Assembly (NCBI GenBank): GCA_036012755.1
Contig: DASCPX010000031.1
Span: forward strand, 1 to 64,000
Reading direction: 5' to 3'
Origin: Myxococcota bacterium
GTDB lineage: Bacteria > Myxococcota_A > UBA796 > CAJQPC01
Length of the DNA stretch: 64,000 bases
Program-made: the position numbers and the translations under genes
Notes under the pieces: generated by a model
Databases searched by the model: none
What the model was told of the DNA's origin: nothing
What the model saw: the letters and a program-made list of their open reading frames with translations, nothing else
In this document: piece after piece, positions 18,992 through 28,141 of the stretch
Layout: each line of letters starts with the position of its first letter
How positions within the stretch are numbered: position 1 is the stretch's first letter

Positions 18992-20712
18992 TCCCCTCGC
19001 TCGAGACCCTGCGCGAGGTCGGCACCCTCGGTCCGCTCGACGCCCACTTCGCCCGGACCGTCTGTCGCCTGGCCGGAGACGACGACAGCGACATCGTCCT
19101 GGCGGCAGCCCTGGCGAGCCGCGCCCCCGCGCACGGACACGTCTGCGCCGACCTGCGACGCCTGGTGCTCACACCGCCCGCGGATGGCGAAGGGGCTCCG
19201 ATCGAAGGCGCTCAGTGGCCGGAGATCGAGGACTGGCTCGACCGGCTGGCGCGAAGTCCCCTGGTCGCGGGACCCCTACGACTCGACGGAGAGGGCAACC
19301 TCTACCTCCGACGCTACTGGAGCTACCAGGCCGATCTCCTCGAAGCCCTCACGACGCGGGCGACCGAGGAGATCCCCGTCGCGCACCAGGAGCGACTCTC
19401 CGAGCGACTGGACCTGCTCTTCGACGGTGGCCTCCAGCGGCGGGCCGCCGAGCTCGCGGTTCGCCGGCGGCTCTGCGTCATCAGCGGCGGTCCGGGGACC
19501 GGAAAGACACACACCGTGGCACGCATCGTGGCGCTGTTGCAGAACCAGGCGGACGGCCACATCCGGGTCGTCCTGGTCGCCCCGACGGGGAAGGCGGCGG
19601 CAAGACTCCAGGAGTCCCTGCGAGAGGCCACCGAGAAGCTCCCCGAAGAGCTCGGAGCCGGACTGCAGCTGCGCGCGACGACCATCCACCGTCGGCTCGG
19701 CTGGAGGCCCGACGCCCCCACCCGATTCCGGCACGACCGCGACCGCCCCCTCCCCGCGGACGTCGTGATCTGCGACGAAGCCTCGATGGTCGACCTCCCG
19801 CTCATGGCGAAGCTCATCGACGCGGTGCCGCCCACCGCCCGACTCATCCTGCTCGGAGATCGCGACCAGCTCGCCAGCGTCGAGGCTGGCGCGGTGCTCG
19901 GGGACATCTGTCACGGAGAGGGCGACCCTCCGATCTCCAAGTGTCTCGTGAACCTCAGCAAGAGCTGGCGCTTCGCGGAGGCCCCTGGCATCGGAGCGCT
20001 GGCCCTGGCCATCAACGCCGGTGACGCAGCGGACGCCCTGGCCATCCTCGCGAGCCAGGAATCGCCCGAGGTCTCCCGGATCGATGCGCCGGAGGATGCT
20101 CGCCCCGACGACCTCGTGGGACAGGCTGTCCTCGACGGCTACCGCGACTACACCCGGACCACCGATCCCCGGACAGCCCTCGCCGCCTTGAACCGCTTTC
20201 GTGTCCTGTGTGCCCATCGGCGCGGTCGCTTCGGCGTGGAAGCCCTCAACCGGCTGATCCGAGCGCGACTGGTCGGAGCGGGCCTGCTGTCTCCTCGCGG
20301 CGAGTGGTACGCGGGACGTCCCGTCATCGTCACCCGCAACGACTACCAGATCGAGCTCTTCAACGGCGACGTCGGCGTGACGCTCAGGGACCCGCAGGGG
20401 CGCCTTCGCGTGCACTTCGAGGGCCTGGACGGGACGCCACGCAGCTTCCACCCCGCGCGGCTGCCCCCCTGCGAGACCGTCTTCGCGATGACGGTTCACA
20501 AGAGCCAGGGCTCGGAGTTCGACGAGGTCATCCTGATGCTGCCGACCCGCGGCTCCCGCATCCTGACCCGCGAGCTGGTGTACACGGGCGTCACTCGCGC
20601 GAAGTCGAAGGTGACCGTGGTCTCCGCGGAGACGGTGCTGTCGGACGCGATCGGCGCCAGGATCCAGCGGGCATCCGGCCTCCGCAAGGCTCTCTGGGGG
20701 AGCACTCCATGA
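18988..20712 (+). CDS. recD: Exodeoxyribonuclease V alpha subunit
   Basis: GGPGTGKT, APTGKAAARL, DEASMVD, GDRDQLASVEAG, MTVHKSQGSEF, YTGVTRAK; ATGA overlap. Confidence 0.95.
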   Translation: MIPSLETLREVGTLGPLDAHFARTVCRLAGDDDSDIVLAAALASRAPAHGHVCADLRRLVLTPPADGEGAPIEGAQWPEIEDWLDRLARSPLVAGPLRLDGEGNLYLRRYWSYQADLLEALTTRATEEIPVAHQERLSERLDLLFDGGLQRRAAELAVRRRLCVISGGPGTGKTHTVARIVALLQNQADGHIRVVLVAPTGKAAARLQESLREATEKLPEELGAGLQLRATTIHRRLGWRPDAPTRFRHDRDRPLPADVVICDEASMVDLPLMAKLIDAVPPTARLILLGDRDQLASVEAGAVLGDICHGEGDPPISKCLVNLSKSWRFAEAPGIGALALAINAGDAADALAILASQESPEVSRIDAPEDARPDDLVGQAVLDGYRDYTRTTDPRTALAALNRFRVLCAHRRGRFGVEALNRLIRARLVGAGLLSPRGEWYAGRPVIVTRNDYQIELFNGDVGVTLRDPQGRLRVHFEGLDGTPRSFHPARLPPCETVFAMTVHKSQGSEFDEVILMLPTRGSRILTRELVYTGVTRAKSKVTVVSAETVLSDAIGARIQRASGLRKALWGSTP

Positions 20713-21926
20713 GACTCCTCCACACGGCTGACTGGCACCTCGGCCACACCCTCGGCGACTACGACCGCAGCGAGGAGCACGCTGCCTTCCTCGACTTCCT
20801 GCTCGAGCAGATCGAGATCAACTCGGTCGATGCCCTCCTGATCGCCGGGGACATCTTCGAGACCGCCAATCCGCCGGTCCGGGCCGAGCGAACCTGGTAC
20901 GACTTCCTCGCCCGCGCGCGAGCCCGCTTCCCGTCGCTCGACATCGTCGCCATCGGCGGAAACCACGACTCGGCGCCCCGACTCGACGCTCCTCGCCCGG
21001 TCCTCTCCACCTTTGGCGTGCGGGTGGTCGGCGGGCTGCCCTTCCGCTCGGGCAAGCAGATCGACACCGGGGGCGTGCTGGTGCCCCTGCACGACCAACA
21101 GGGCATCGCAGCCTGGGTCATCGCAGTGCCCTACCTGCGCGCAGGCGACCTCCCATCGGTCCCCTCGGGACACCCGGTCCACGGGGGGGTGCGGGCGGTC
21201 TACCAGACCCTGCTGGCCGCAGCACGCGAGCGGATCGAACCCGGAGTGGCCCTGATCGGCATGGGTCACCTCCACGCAGAGGGCGGCTCCGAGAGTCCCG
21301 ACTCCGAGCGCAAGGTGTTCGGGCACGCGCTCCAGGCCGATGCCCTCTTCGGCGACGCCTTCGCCTACGTCGCCCTCGGGCACCTGCACAAGGCCCAGGA
21401 GCTGGCGCCGGGCGTGCGCTACTCCGGCAGCCCGATTCCCCTGTCGATGACCGAGCGGACCTACGAACACCAGGTCCTGTTGGTGGAGTTGGAGGGCGAG
21501 GAGCTGGTCTCGACCACGCCGATCCTCGTGCCACGAATGGTCGACCTGCTCCGCATACCGGATGAGGGTGAGCTTCCGCTGGGCGCGGTGCTGGAGCGCC
21601 TGAGCAGCCTTCCGGACAGGGACCTGGCGAACAGGACACCGCCCTTCCTGGAGGTTCGGGTCTCGCTCGAGCAGCCCGAGCCCACGCTCCGGCGTCGCAT
21701 CGAAGACGCCATCGAAGCCAAGGCGGTGAGGCTGCTCCGGGTGAGGACCGCCTACACGGGCAGCGGCGAGGCGCTCACGAGCCCGGAGGTCCTGCAGGAC
21801 CTGGAGGTCGAAGACGTGTTCCTCCGAATGTGGGCCAAGGACCACAGCGACCCGCCCCCCGACACCGTGATCGATGCCTTCCGGAGCCTGCTCGACGACG
21901 CGGCCTCCCTCGGACAGAGCGCATGA
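20709..21926 (+). CDS. sbcD: Nuclease SbcCD subunit D
   Basis: LHTADWHLG, AGDIF, GNHD, LGHLH, YSGSP; ATGA overlap. Confidence 0.95.
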   Translation: MRLLHTADWHLGHTLGDYDRSEEHAAFLDFLLEQIEINSVDALLIAGDIFETANPPVRAERTWYDFLARARARFPSLDIVAIGGNHDSAPRLDAPRPVLSTFGVRVVGGLPFRSGKQIDTGGVLVPLHDQQGIAAWVIAVPYLRAGDLPSVPSGHPVHGGVRAVYQTLLAAARERIEPGVALIGMGHLHAEGGSESPDSERKVFGHALQADALFGDAFAYVALGHLHKAQELAPGVRYSGSPIPLSMTERTYEHQVLLVELEGEELVSTTPILVPRMVDLLRIPDEGELPLGAVLERLSSLPDRDLANRTPPFLEVRVSLEQPEPTLRRRIEDAIEAKAVRLLRVRTAYTGSGEALTSPEVLQDLEVEDVFLRMWAKDHSDPPPDTVIDAFRSLLDDAASLGQSA

Positions 21927-24900
21927 GGATCTGCGTCATTCGCGGCTGCAACCTCGCGTCTCTCCGGGGGCCCTTTGCGCTCGACCTGGAGCGCGGAGCC
22001 CTTGGCAAGGTCGGGCTCTTCGCCATCACCGGGCCGACCGGTTCGGGCAAGAGCACGCTCCTGGATGCGATGTGCCTCGCGCTCTACGACCGCGTCCCCC
22101 GCCTGGAGGGGGCCCGCGGCCGCGTGCGGGGTCACAACGACACCGACAACCTCACGGCAAAGGACGTGCGAACCATCCTCCGTCGGGACACGGCCCAGGG
22201 CTACGCAGAGGTCGAGTTCAAGGGGATGGACGGGGGCCGCTATCGGGCCCGATGGAGCGTCCGGCGAGCCCGGTCGAGGGCCTCGGGCGCGCTCCAGACC
22301 GCCACGCTCGAGCTCCACGATGTGCCGGGAAGGACCACGATCTTCGGGCCCTCTGATCCCAAGACGAAGACGAAGGAGCGCATCGAGCAGCTGGTCGGCT
22401 TGACCTACGAACAGTTCCGGCGATCGGCCCTGTTGGCCCAAGGCGACTTCGCCGCCTTCCTGCGCGCCCCTCCAAGGGAGCGAGCGCAGCTGCTGGAACG
22501 CATGACGGGCACCGACATCTACGCCCAGCTGTCCGTCGCCGCCTTCGAGCGCGCCCGTAGAGGACGCGATCGGATCGAGACGCTGTCGAATCAGCTCGAC
22601 CAACTCGGCATCTTGTCGGAGACAGAACGAAAGGACCTCGAACAAGGAGCCTGGCGGGCTCGCCAGGACCAGCAGGAGGCGAAGACCCGCTTGGAGGCGC
22701 TGGAAGCCCAACGCAACTGGGGCCGCGAGCAGGAGCGGCTGCAAGCGGCCCACGAAGACGCGAACCGAGCTCGAGTCGCGGCGGACCTCGCCGTCGAGCC
22801 GCCATGGAAGGACGAGCTGAGACGAAACCTGGCGCTGGCTCCACTGCGACTGCTCCGCGACGGGGCCAGCCGCGGCGAGGCGGCGCTGTCGGCAGCGCGG
22901 GCGCGCCACGACACCGCCAGGACGGAAGCCACCGAGTCTGCGGCTGCCCTCGCAAAGGCCGTGGCGCTACTGAACTCGGCGCGAGCCCAGGACCAGACCG
23001 TCCAAGCAGAGGTCCGAGGGCTCGGGGACGAGCTGTCTCGGGCGCACGCACTCGATGACAGGCGGGCGCTGAGCGAGAGAAACCGCGACCAGCGCCTGGT
23101 GGATGTACGAGCCGCAACGAGCGGGGCATCCGAGGCGGCGCGGGCCGCAGCCGAGCTCAGCCGGCGGCTCGATGAGGATCGAACGGAGCTGGCCCGCAGG
23201 ACCGCAACGCTGGACGCCGACCGCGAGCTCGCCGAACAGTGGCAGCGCATCGACGTAGCGCTCGGGCGACTGGCTCGGGCGCGCCTGGCGACGGCCGGGG
23301 TGGAGCCCCACGCGGTCGAGCTCGCTGAAGAGGAGCTCGCCAAGGCGGAGGCTGTGCTGGCTCTGGCGACCGCCGCCACAGTGGCCCTCGACGTCCCCGG
23401 GATCCATCGGCGCCGGGCCCAGCTCGACCTGCACGAACAGCTCCTTCGTTTCTCGGAGCAGGCGCGGGCCGCCAGGGTGCGGACGGACGAGACACGGGCC
23501 CGCAGGACTGCGGCCAAGGGTCGAGCCGATGAGGCACGGGCGGCTCTCGGAGACGCCTGCCCGCGGCGGGAGCAGGCTGCGAAGGCCCTCCGCGCGGCGG
23601 AGTCTGCTCGAAGTCTGGAGGGACGGCGGGCGGAACTCACAGATGGCGAAGCCTGCCCACTCTGCGGAGCCACGGAGCATCCGTGGGCCTCGCACGCCCC
23701 CCTGGCAGACCTGGTGGACGACCTCCGCTCCGACCTCCGAGCACTCGAACAGCGCATCGACAAGGCGCGGGCGGCCCTGGCCGCGGCGACCGCAGTGGTC
23801 GGAGAGGCTGACCGGGAGATCTCCGAGGCAACGCGCACCGCAGCCCTGGCGAACGAGCAGGCGATCCCCCTGCGCAAGCAGCTCGGGGCTGAGCCACTGA
23901 GCCGCCAGCAGATCGACGAGGAGGAGGCCCGTCTCCGCCATTCCGAGCAGCTGGCCGACGGCGCCCAGGCCGACCAGAAGCGAGCGCTGGAGGGGCAGCA
24001 GATCGCCAGCCGGAGCCTCGCGACCGCCCAGCGACAGGCGCGCTCGGTGGCCGGCGAAGCCAGCCTGGGAAGAGCGGCCCAGGAAGAGCTGGCGGGCCTG
24101 ATCGATGACGACCTCGCGGACCCCGAAGCGCTTCGTGTAGGGCTCACCACCCGCGTGGAGCGCTGGCGTCGGACGCAGACAGGGATCTCTGCACTGGCGA
24201 AACGCATCGCCAAGGACGAGCTGGAAGACACGAAGCTCCAGGGCGCTGCTGGCCGCGCAAAGGCGGACGCCACGCGAGAAGCGGCGCAGGCCCGACAGGC
24301 CGAGGACGAGCTCCGGAGGCTGGTCCAGGCCCGGTCGAGGCTCCTCGGGGGCCGGTCGACCGAGCAGGTCGAGACGGAACTCCGAGAACGGACCCGACTC
24401 GCCGAGACCGCCTTCACGGGGGCCCAGAACCAGCACCAGGACGCGCGCGAACGCGAAGCGGCTGCCCAGAAGGGTGAGAGCGACACCAACGGGGCCCTCG
24501 TCGATGCGGACGCGGAGGCTTGCCGAGCCCAGCGCGAGCTCCAGGACGCGCTGACGGAGCACGGCCTCGACAAGAGCGACCTCGACTCCGGGCTGTCGAT
24601 GGGCGGGGAGGAGGTGCAGCGCCACAAGGCCGAGCTCGAGGAGCTCGTTCGGCGAGCCCAGCGCGCCCAAGCGGTGCTCGAGGAGCGCTCCAGGGCCCTC
24701 GAACACCACGTCGAGACCAAGCCCACAGCAGACCCCGACCCGGCGGCCGAGGCGAGCGCGAACGAGGCCTGGAACGAAGCAGAGAAGGTCCGGATCCGCC
24801 TTCAAGGCCGCCTGGACGCAGACGACCGAGACCGGGTGCGGGGGGACACGCTCCGCCAGGAGCTCGAGGACCTCGGGGAGCAGGCCGCGGTGTGGCGGAT

Positions 24901-25387
24901 GCTCAGCGCCTGCATCGGCTCGGCGACGGGAAGCCGCTTCCGGGAGTTCGCACAGGGCCTCACGCTCGAGCGGCTCGTCAGCCACGCAAACCGCCAGCTC
25001 GGCGACCTCGCGCCCCGCTACGAGCTGATGCGAGTCCCGGACGAAGACCTCGAGATCCAGGTGATGGACAAGGCCATGGGCGACGAGGTCCGGCCCGCGG
25101 CGAGTCTGAGCGGCGGGGAGACCTTCCTCGTCAGCCTCGCCCTCGCCCTGGGACTGGCTTCGATGAGCACGGACAGGAAGGTCGAGAGCCTCTTCATCGA
25201 TGAGGGCTTCGGGGCCCTGGACCAACGAAGCCTCGAGATCGCGCTCGCCACCCTGGACGCGCTCCAGTCGACCGGCCGAAAGGTGGGGGTGATCAGCCAC
25301 GTGCACGGGCTGGCCCAGCAGATCGGTGTCCAGGTCCGCGTGGTGCCGGAAGCTCCCGGGCGCAGCAGTCTGCGGATGCCGGCGTGA
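21923..25387 (+). CDS. sbcC: Nuclease SbcCD subunit C (SMC-like ATPase)
   Basis: Walker A GPTGSGKS, LAQGDF, zinc hook CPLCG, LSGGE, FIDEGFG, long coiled coil; ATGA overlap. Confidence 0.95.
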   Translation: MRICVIRGCNLASLRGPFALDLERGALGKVGLFAITGPTGSGKSTLLDAMCLALYDRVPRLEGARGRVRGHNDTDNLTAKDVRTILRRDTAQGYAEVEFKGMDGGRYRARWSVRRARSRASGALQTATLELHDVPGRTTIFGPSDPKTKTKERIEQLVGLTYEQFRRSALLAQGDFAAFLRAPPRERAQLLERMTGTDIYAQLSVAAFERARRGRDRIETLSNQLDQLGILSETERKDLEQGAWRARQDQQEAKTRLEALEAQRNWGREQERLQAAHEDANRARVAADLAVEPPWKDELRRNLALAPLRLLRDGASRGEAALSAARARHDTARTEATESAAALAKAVALLNSARAQDQTVQAEVRGLGDELSRAHALDDRRALSERNRDQRLVDVRAATSGASEAARAAAELSRRLDEDRTELARRTATLDADRELAEQWQRIDVALGRLARARLATAGVEPHAVELAEEELAKAEAVLALATAATVALDVPGIHRRRAQLDLHEQLLRFSEQARAARVRTDETRARRTAAKGRADEARAALGDACPRREQAAKALRAAESARSLEGRRAELTDGEACPLCGATEHPWASHAPLADLVDDLRSDLRALEQRIDKARAALAAATAVVGEADREISEATRTAALANEQAIPLRKQLGAEPLSRQQIDEEEARLRHSEQLADGAQADQKRALEGQQIASRSLATAQRQARSVAGEASLGRAAQEELAGLIDDDLADPEALRVGLTTRVERWRRTQTGISALAKRIAKDELEDTKLQGAAGRAKADATREAAQARQAEDELRRLVQARSRLLGGRSTEQVETELRERTRLAETAFTGAQNQHQDAREREAAAQKGESDTNGALVDADAEACRAQRELQDALTEHGLDKSDLDSGLSMGGEEVQRHKAELEELVRRAQRAQAVLEERSRALEHHVETKPTADPDPAAEASANEAWNEAEKVRIRLQGRLDADDRDRVRGDTLRQELEDLGEQAAVWRMLSACIGSATGSRFREFAQGLTLERLVSHANRQLGDLAPRYELMRVPDEDLEIQVMDKAMGDEVRPAASLSGGETFLVSLALALGLASMSTDRKVESLFIDEGFGALDQRSLEIALATLDALQSTGRKVGVISHVHGLAQQIGVQVRVVPEAPGRSSLRMPA

Positions 25388-26118
25388 TCCTCCTCGTGGC
25401 CTGCACGAGCCAACTCGCCCCGGGGCCGGCTCCAACCGAAGATCCGCGAGGAGCCTGGGAGACCAGTCTCCAGGCCGCGGTCCAGGACGACGGCTTCGTT
25501 GACTACGAGTCCCTCCGCAGCGACCCGGCGCCGCTGGATCGCTACGTGGCCTGGCTCGCCCAGCCCCAGGAGCTCAGCGGTGACGAGCTCTTCGCACACC
25601 GCATCAACGCCTACAACGCCTTCACCCTGGCCGGCGTCCTCGACAACTGGCCGCTGGAGTCCGTCAGGGACGTGCGCGTCGGCTTGCTCGGCTTCGGCGG
25701 TGCCGGCTTCTTCACCGGCCTGAGGTTCAAGCTCGATGGGACCTGGACAAGCCTGAAGGCGCTGGAGGACGACCAGCTCCGGGCCACCTTCGACGATCCT
25801 CGTGTCCACGGCGCCATCAACTGTGCAAGCGCAGGCTGCCCCCCGCTACGGGACGGGCTGTTCACCGCGGAGGGGCTCGACAGCGAGCTCGACGAGGCGA
25901 TGACACGCTTTGTGGAGACCCGCGTCCGCCTCGACGGCGACGAGGCCGTCTTCTCCGAGATCTTCGACTGGTTCGAGGACGACTTTCGTCTCGACACACC
26001 CTGTCACTACGCAGCGCAGTACGACGAGACCTATGCCGCGCTGGCAGAGGCCGACTGTCCGCACCGCTTCGAGCCCTACGACTGGAGCCTCAACGCAGCA
26101 AGCTCTCCACAGCGCTGA
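25384..26118 (+). CDS. DUF547 domain lipoprotein
   Basis: GTGA overlap; MILLVAC; VDY, INAYNA, DPRVHGAINCASAGCPPL, SEIFDWFEDDF, YDWSLN. Confidence 0.85.
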   Translation: MILLVACTSQLAPGPAPTEDPRGAWETSLQAAVQDDGFVDYESLRSDPAPLDRYVAWLAQPQELSGDELFAHRINAYNAFTLAGVLDNWPLESVRDVRVGLLGFGGAGFFTGLRFKLDGTWTSLKALEDDQLRATFDDPRVHGAINCASAGCPPLRDGLFTAEGLDSELDEAMTRFVETRVRLDGDEAVFSEIFDWFEDDFRLDTPCHYAAQYDETYAALAEADCPHRFEPYDWSLNAASSPQR

Positions 26119-27274
26119 AGTCCCCATCATTGGCCTCCGGCTCGATCCCGAGGGCGGCACACAGCAAGCCGTAGACATCGACCCCTTCCACGGACTCGAC
26201 GCTGACGCCCTCGACGAAGGACGGCCCCCGAGCCACGAGGATCCCGTGCATCGATGGAAGGGCCGGGTCGTAGCCGTGGGTGCCTCCCTCGTAGACCTCC
26301 GGGTGGGCTCCCCAGAACCCCCGGGAGGAGATCGACCAGCCCTCGTCCGCGAGGCAGACGACGTCACCGATGCGATCGCTGGCTGCGAAGTGCAGGCGCG
26401 GCTCGAGGTCCCCCTTCAGTGCACAGGTGACGTGGTCCAAAGCAGCGAGCGCCTCGAGGACATCGTCCGGGGTGTCGGTGAAGAGGTTCGTCACCGGCGT
26501 CCAGGTGACGAGGAGATGGGCGTCCGGGTCGATGACGTCGTCGAGGAAGACCACCTGCTCCGACGAGATGCCCGTCATGCCATGGTCCGAGACCACGACG
26601 AGGTCCACCCCGTCCAGCCCGCGCTGCTCGAGGCCATCCACCAGCTCACCGAGCCAGGCATCCACGGACTCGATCTCGCGTGACAGCTCAGGGTGGTCCG
26701 GCCCGAAGTCGTGCCCGGTCGAGTCCGGCTCCGGCAAATACAGGGTCACGAACTGCGGCGGATCCGGATCCGACAGCCAGTCCAACGCGATCTCGATGCG
26801 GCTGTCCCAGGACAGGGAGCCGTTGTAGGGGACGTGAGTCGATGCTGGCCACGCCTCGGATCCTGGCCAGAACAGCGTCGAGGCGCGCAGACCCTGGCGC
26901 TCGGCCGCGAGCCAGACGGGCTCCCCGCCCCACCAGCGCGGATCGGCGGTCGCCTCGTCGTCCATCATCGAGAACCACCGGTCAGTGGTCGGATCGAAGA
27001 TCGTGTTGTCTACGATCCCGTGGTTCTCGGGATGCAGGCCCGTCACCTGCGTCCAGTGGGAAGGAAAGGTCTTGCTGGGAAAGGGAGGGACCAGCGATTC
27101 CGCGCGCGCTCCCGCGGAAATGAGGCGATCCAGGGTGGGCGTATCGGCCATTTCGAGGTAGTCGGAACGGAGCCCGTCGAGTGACACAAGGAGCACGGCG
27201 TGGTGGGAGCTGTCGGACCCGTCTCCACCCGCTCCCGGTAGACAAGCCAAGGCTGTAAGCAAGGGCCAGAGCAC
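26090..27274 (-). CDS. Nucleotide pyrophosphatase/phosphodiesterase (alkaline phosphatase superfamily) lipoprotein
   Basis: LVSLDGLR, FPSKTFPSH..TGLHPENHGIVDN, WWGGEPVW, DSTGH, SDHGM, HGYD. Confidence 0.9.
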   Translation of the reverse strand: MLWPLLTALACLPGAGGDGSDSSHHAVLLVSLDGLRSDYLEMADTPTLDRLISAGARAESLVPPFPSKTFPSHWTQVTGLHPENHGIVDNTIFDPTTDRWFSMMDDEATADPRWWGGEPVWLAAERQGLRASTLFWPGSEAWPASTHVPYNGSLSWDSRIEIALDWLSDPDPPQFVTLYLPEPDSTGHDFGPDHPELSREIESVDAWLGELVDGLEQRGLDGVDLVVVSDHGMTGISSEQVVFLDDVIDPDAHLLVTWTPVTNLFTDTPDDVLEALAALDHVTCALKGDLEPRLHFAASDRIGDVVCLADEGWSISSRGFWGAHPEVYEGGTHGYDPALPSMHGILVARGPSFVEGVSVESVEGVDVYGLLCAALGIEPEANDGDFSAVESLLR

Positions 27275-27330
27275 GCGTTACGGTACCGCGCTCGGCGCAT
27301 CCCGGAACGAATCACAGAAGGAACAGAGGA

Positions 27331-28071
27331 ATGGTAGGACTCGGCTCGTTGGTCATCGCAATCGGAATCTGCGTTGTGTTGTTCGGCGCCTACAAGAAGT
27401 TCCAGGCTGGCAAGCTCGCCAGCGCCCCCTTCGTCTCCACCGGCGACGCCTCGAGCGGCACCGGCGTAGGTGAGAAGGGAGCCATCAGCTGCGAAGGAGA
27501 GGTCAAGTGCGACCAGCTCCTCATCAGCCCCGTCACGAAGACGGAGTGCCTCTTCTACGAGCTCAAGGTCGTCGGCACCTGGAAGGAGGGCGACAGCTCC
27601 AGGAGCAAGGACTACATCCACGAGAAGAAGGCGGCACCCATCCAGCTCGACGACGGCTCCGGCGCGGTGCCGGTCAACGCTGGAGACGGCGGTGACTTCG
27701 ACGGTCTCGAGAAGACCTTCGAGGAGAGCAAGAAGGAGGGCCTCTTCGCGGACCTCAAGGGCGCCGTCGGCAAGGGCGAGCCCATCATGTTCGGCGAGTA
27801 CCCCTTCGAGAACCCCCCCATGAGCAAGGCGGACAAGTTCAGCTGTACCGAGAAGGTGCTCAAGCCCAGCGCGAAGCTCTTCGCGAGCGGCAAGTTCGCC
27901 GACGGCGTCATCACGACCCCCGACGGCATGCTGGGAAGCCTGATGCTGTCCTCCAAGAGCCGCGACGAGCTCCTCGGGGACACGGAGACGCAGGCGAAGA
28001 ACTTCATGATGTACGGCGGCATCGGCGCCGCCATCGGTCTGCTCATCGTCATCATCGGCACCGTGTTCTAG
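27331..28071 (+). CDS. GIDE-domain membrane protein (two TM anchors)
   Basis: N- and C-terminal hydrophobic helices; LISPVTKTECLFYELKV, IQLDDGSGAVPV pattern; GAGGA RBS. Confidence 0.6.
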   Translation: MVGLGSLVIAIGICVVLFGAYKKFQAGKLASAPFVSTGDASSGTGVGEKGAISCEGEVKCDQLLISPVTKTECLFYELKVVGTWKEGDSSRSKDYIHEKKAAPIQLDDGSGAVPVNAGDGGDFDGLEKTFEESKKEGLFADLKGAVGKGEPIMFGEYPFENPPMSKADKFSCTEKVLKPSAKLFASGKFADGVITTPDGMLGSLMLSSKSRDELLGDTETQAKNFMMYGGIGAAIGLLIVIIGTVF

Positions 28072-28092
28072 TCGCTTCTTCCGCACACGACG

Positions 28093-28122
28093 AGGGCCCA
28101 TCCCGAGAGGGGCGGGCCCTTT
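28093..28122 (+). terminator. Probable intrinsic terminator hairpin
   Basis: AGGGCCC-A-TCCC-GAGA-GGGG-C-GGGCCCT followed by T-rich ttgtcttgtt, just after the GIDE gene stop. Confidence 0.6.
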
Positions 28123-28141
28123 GTCTTGTTACCCTCCGACC

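Noticed and set aside
20709..25387. SMC ATPase plus nuclease as a Wadjet/Lamassu-type defence system
   Set aside because: Motifs, zinc hook and Mre11-type partner identify ordinary SbcCD
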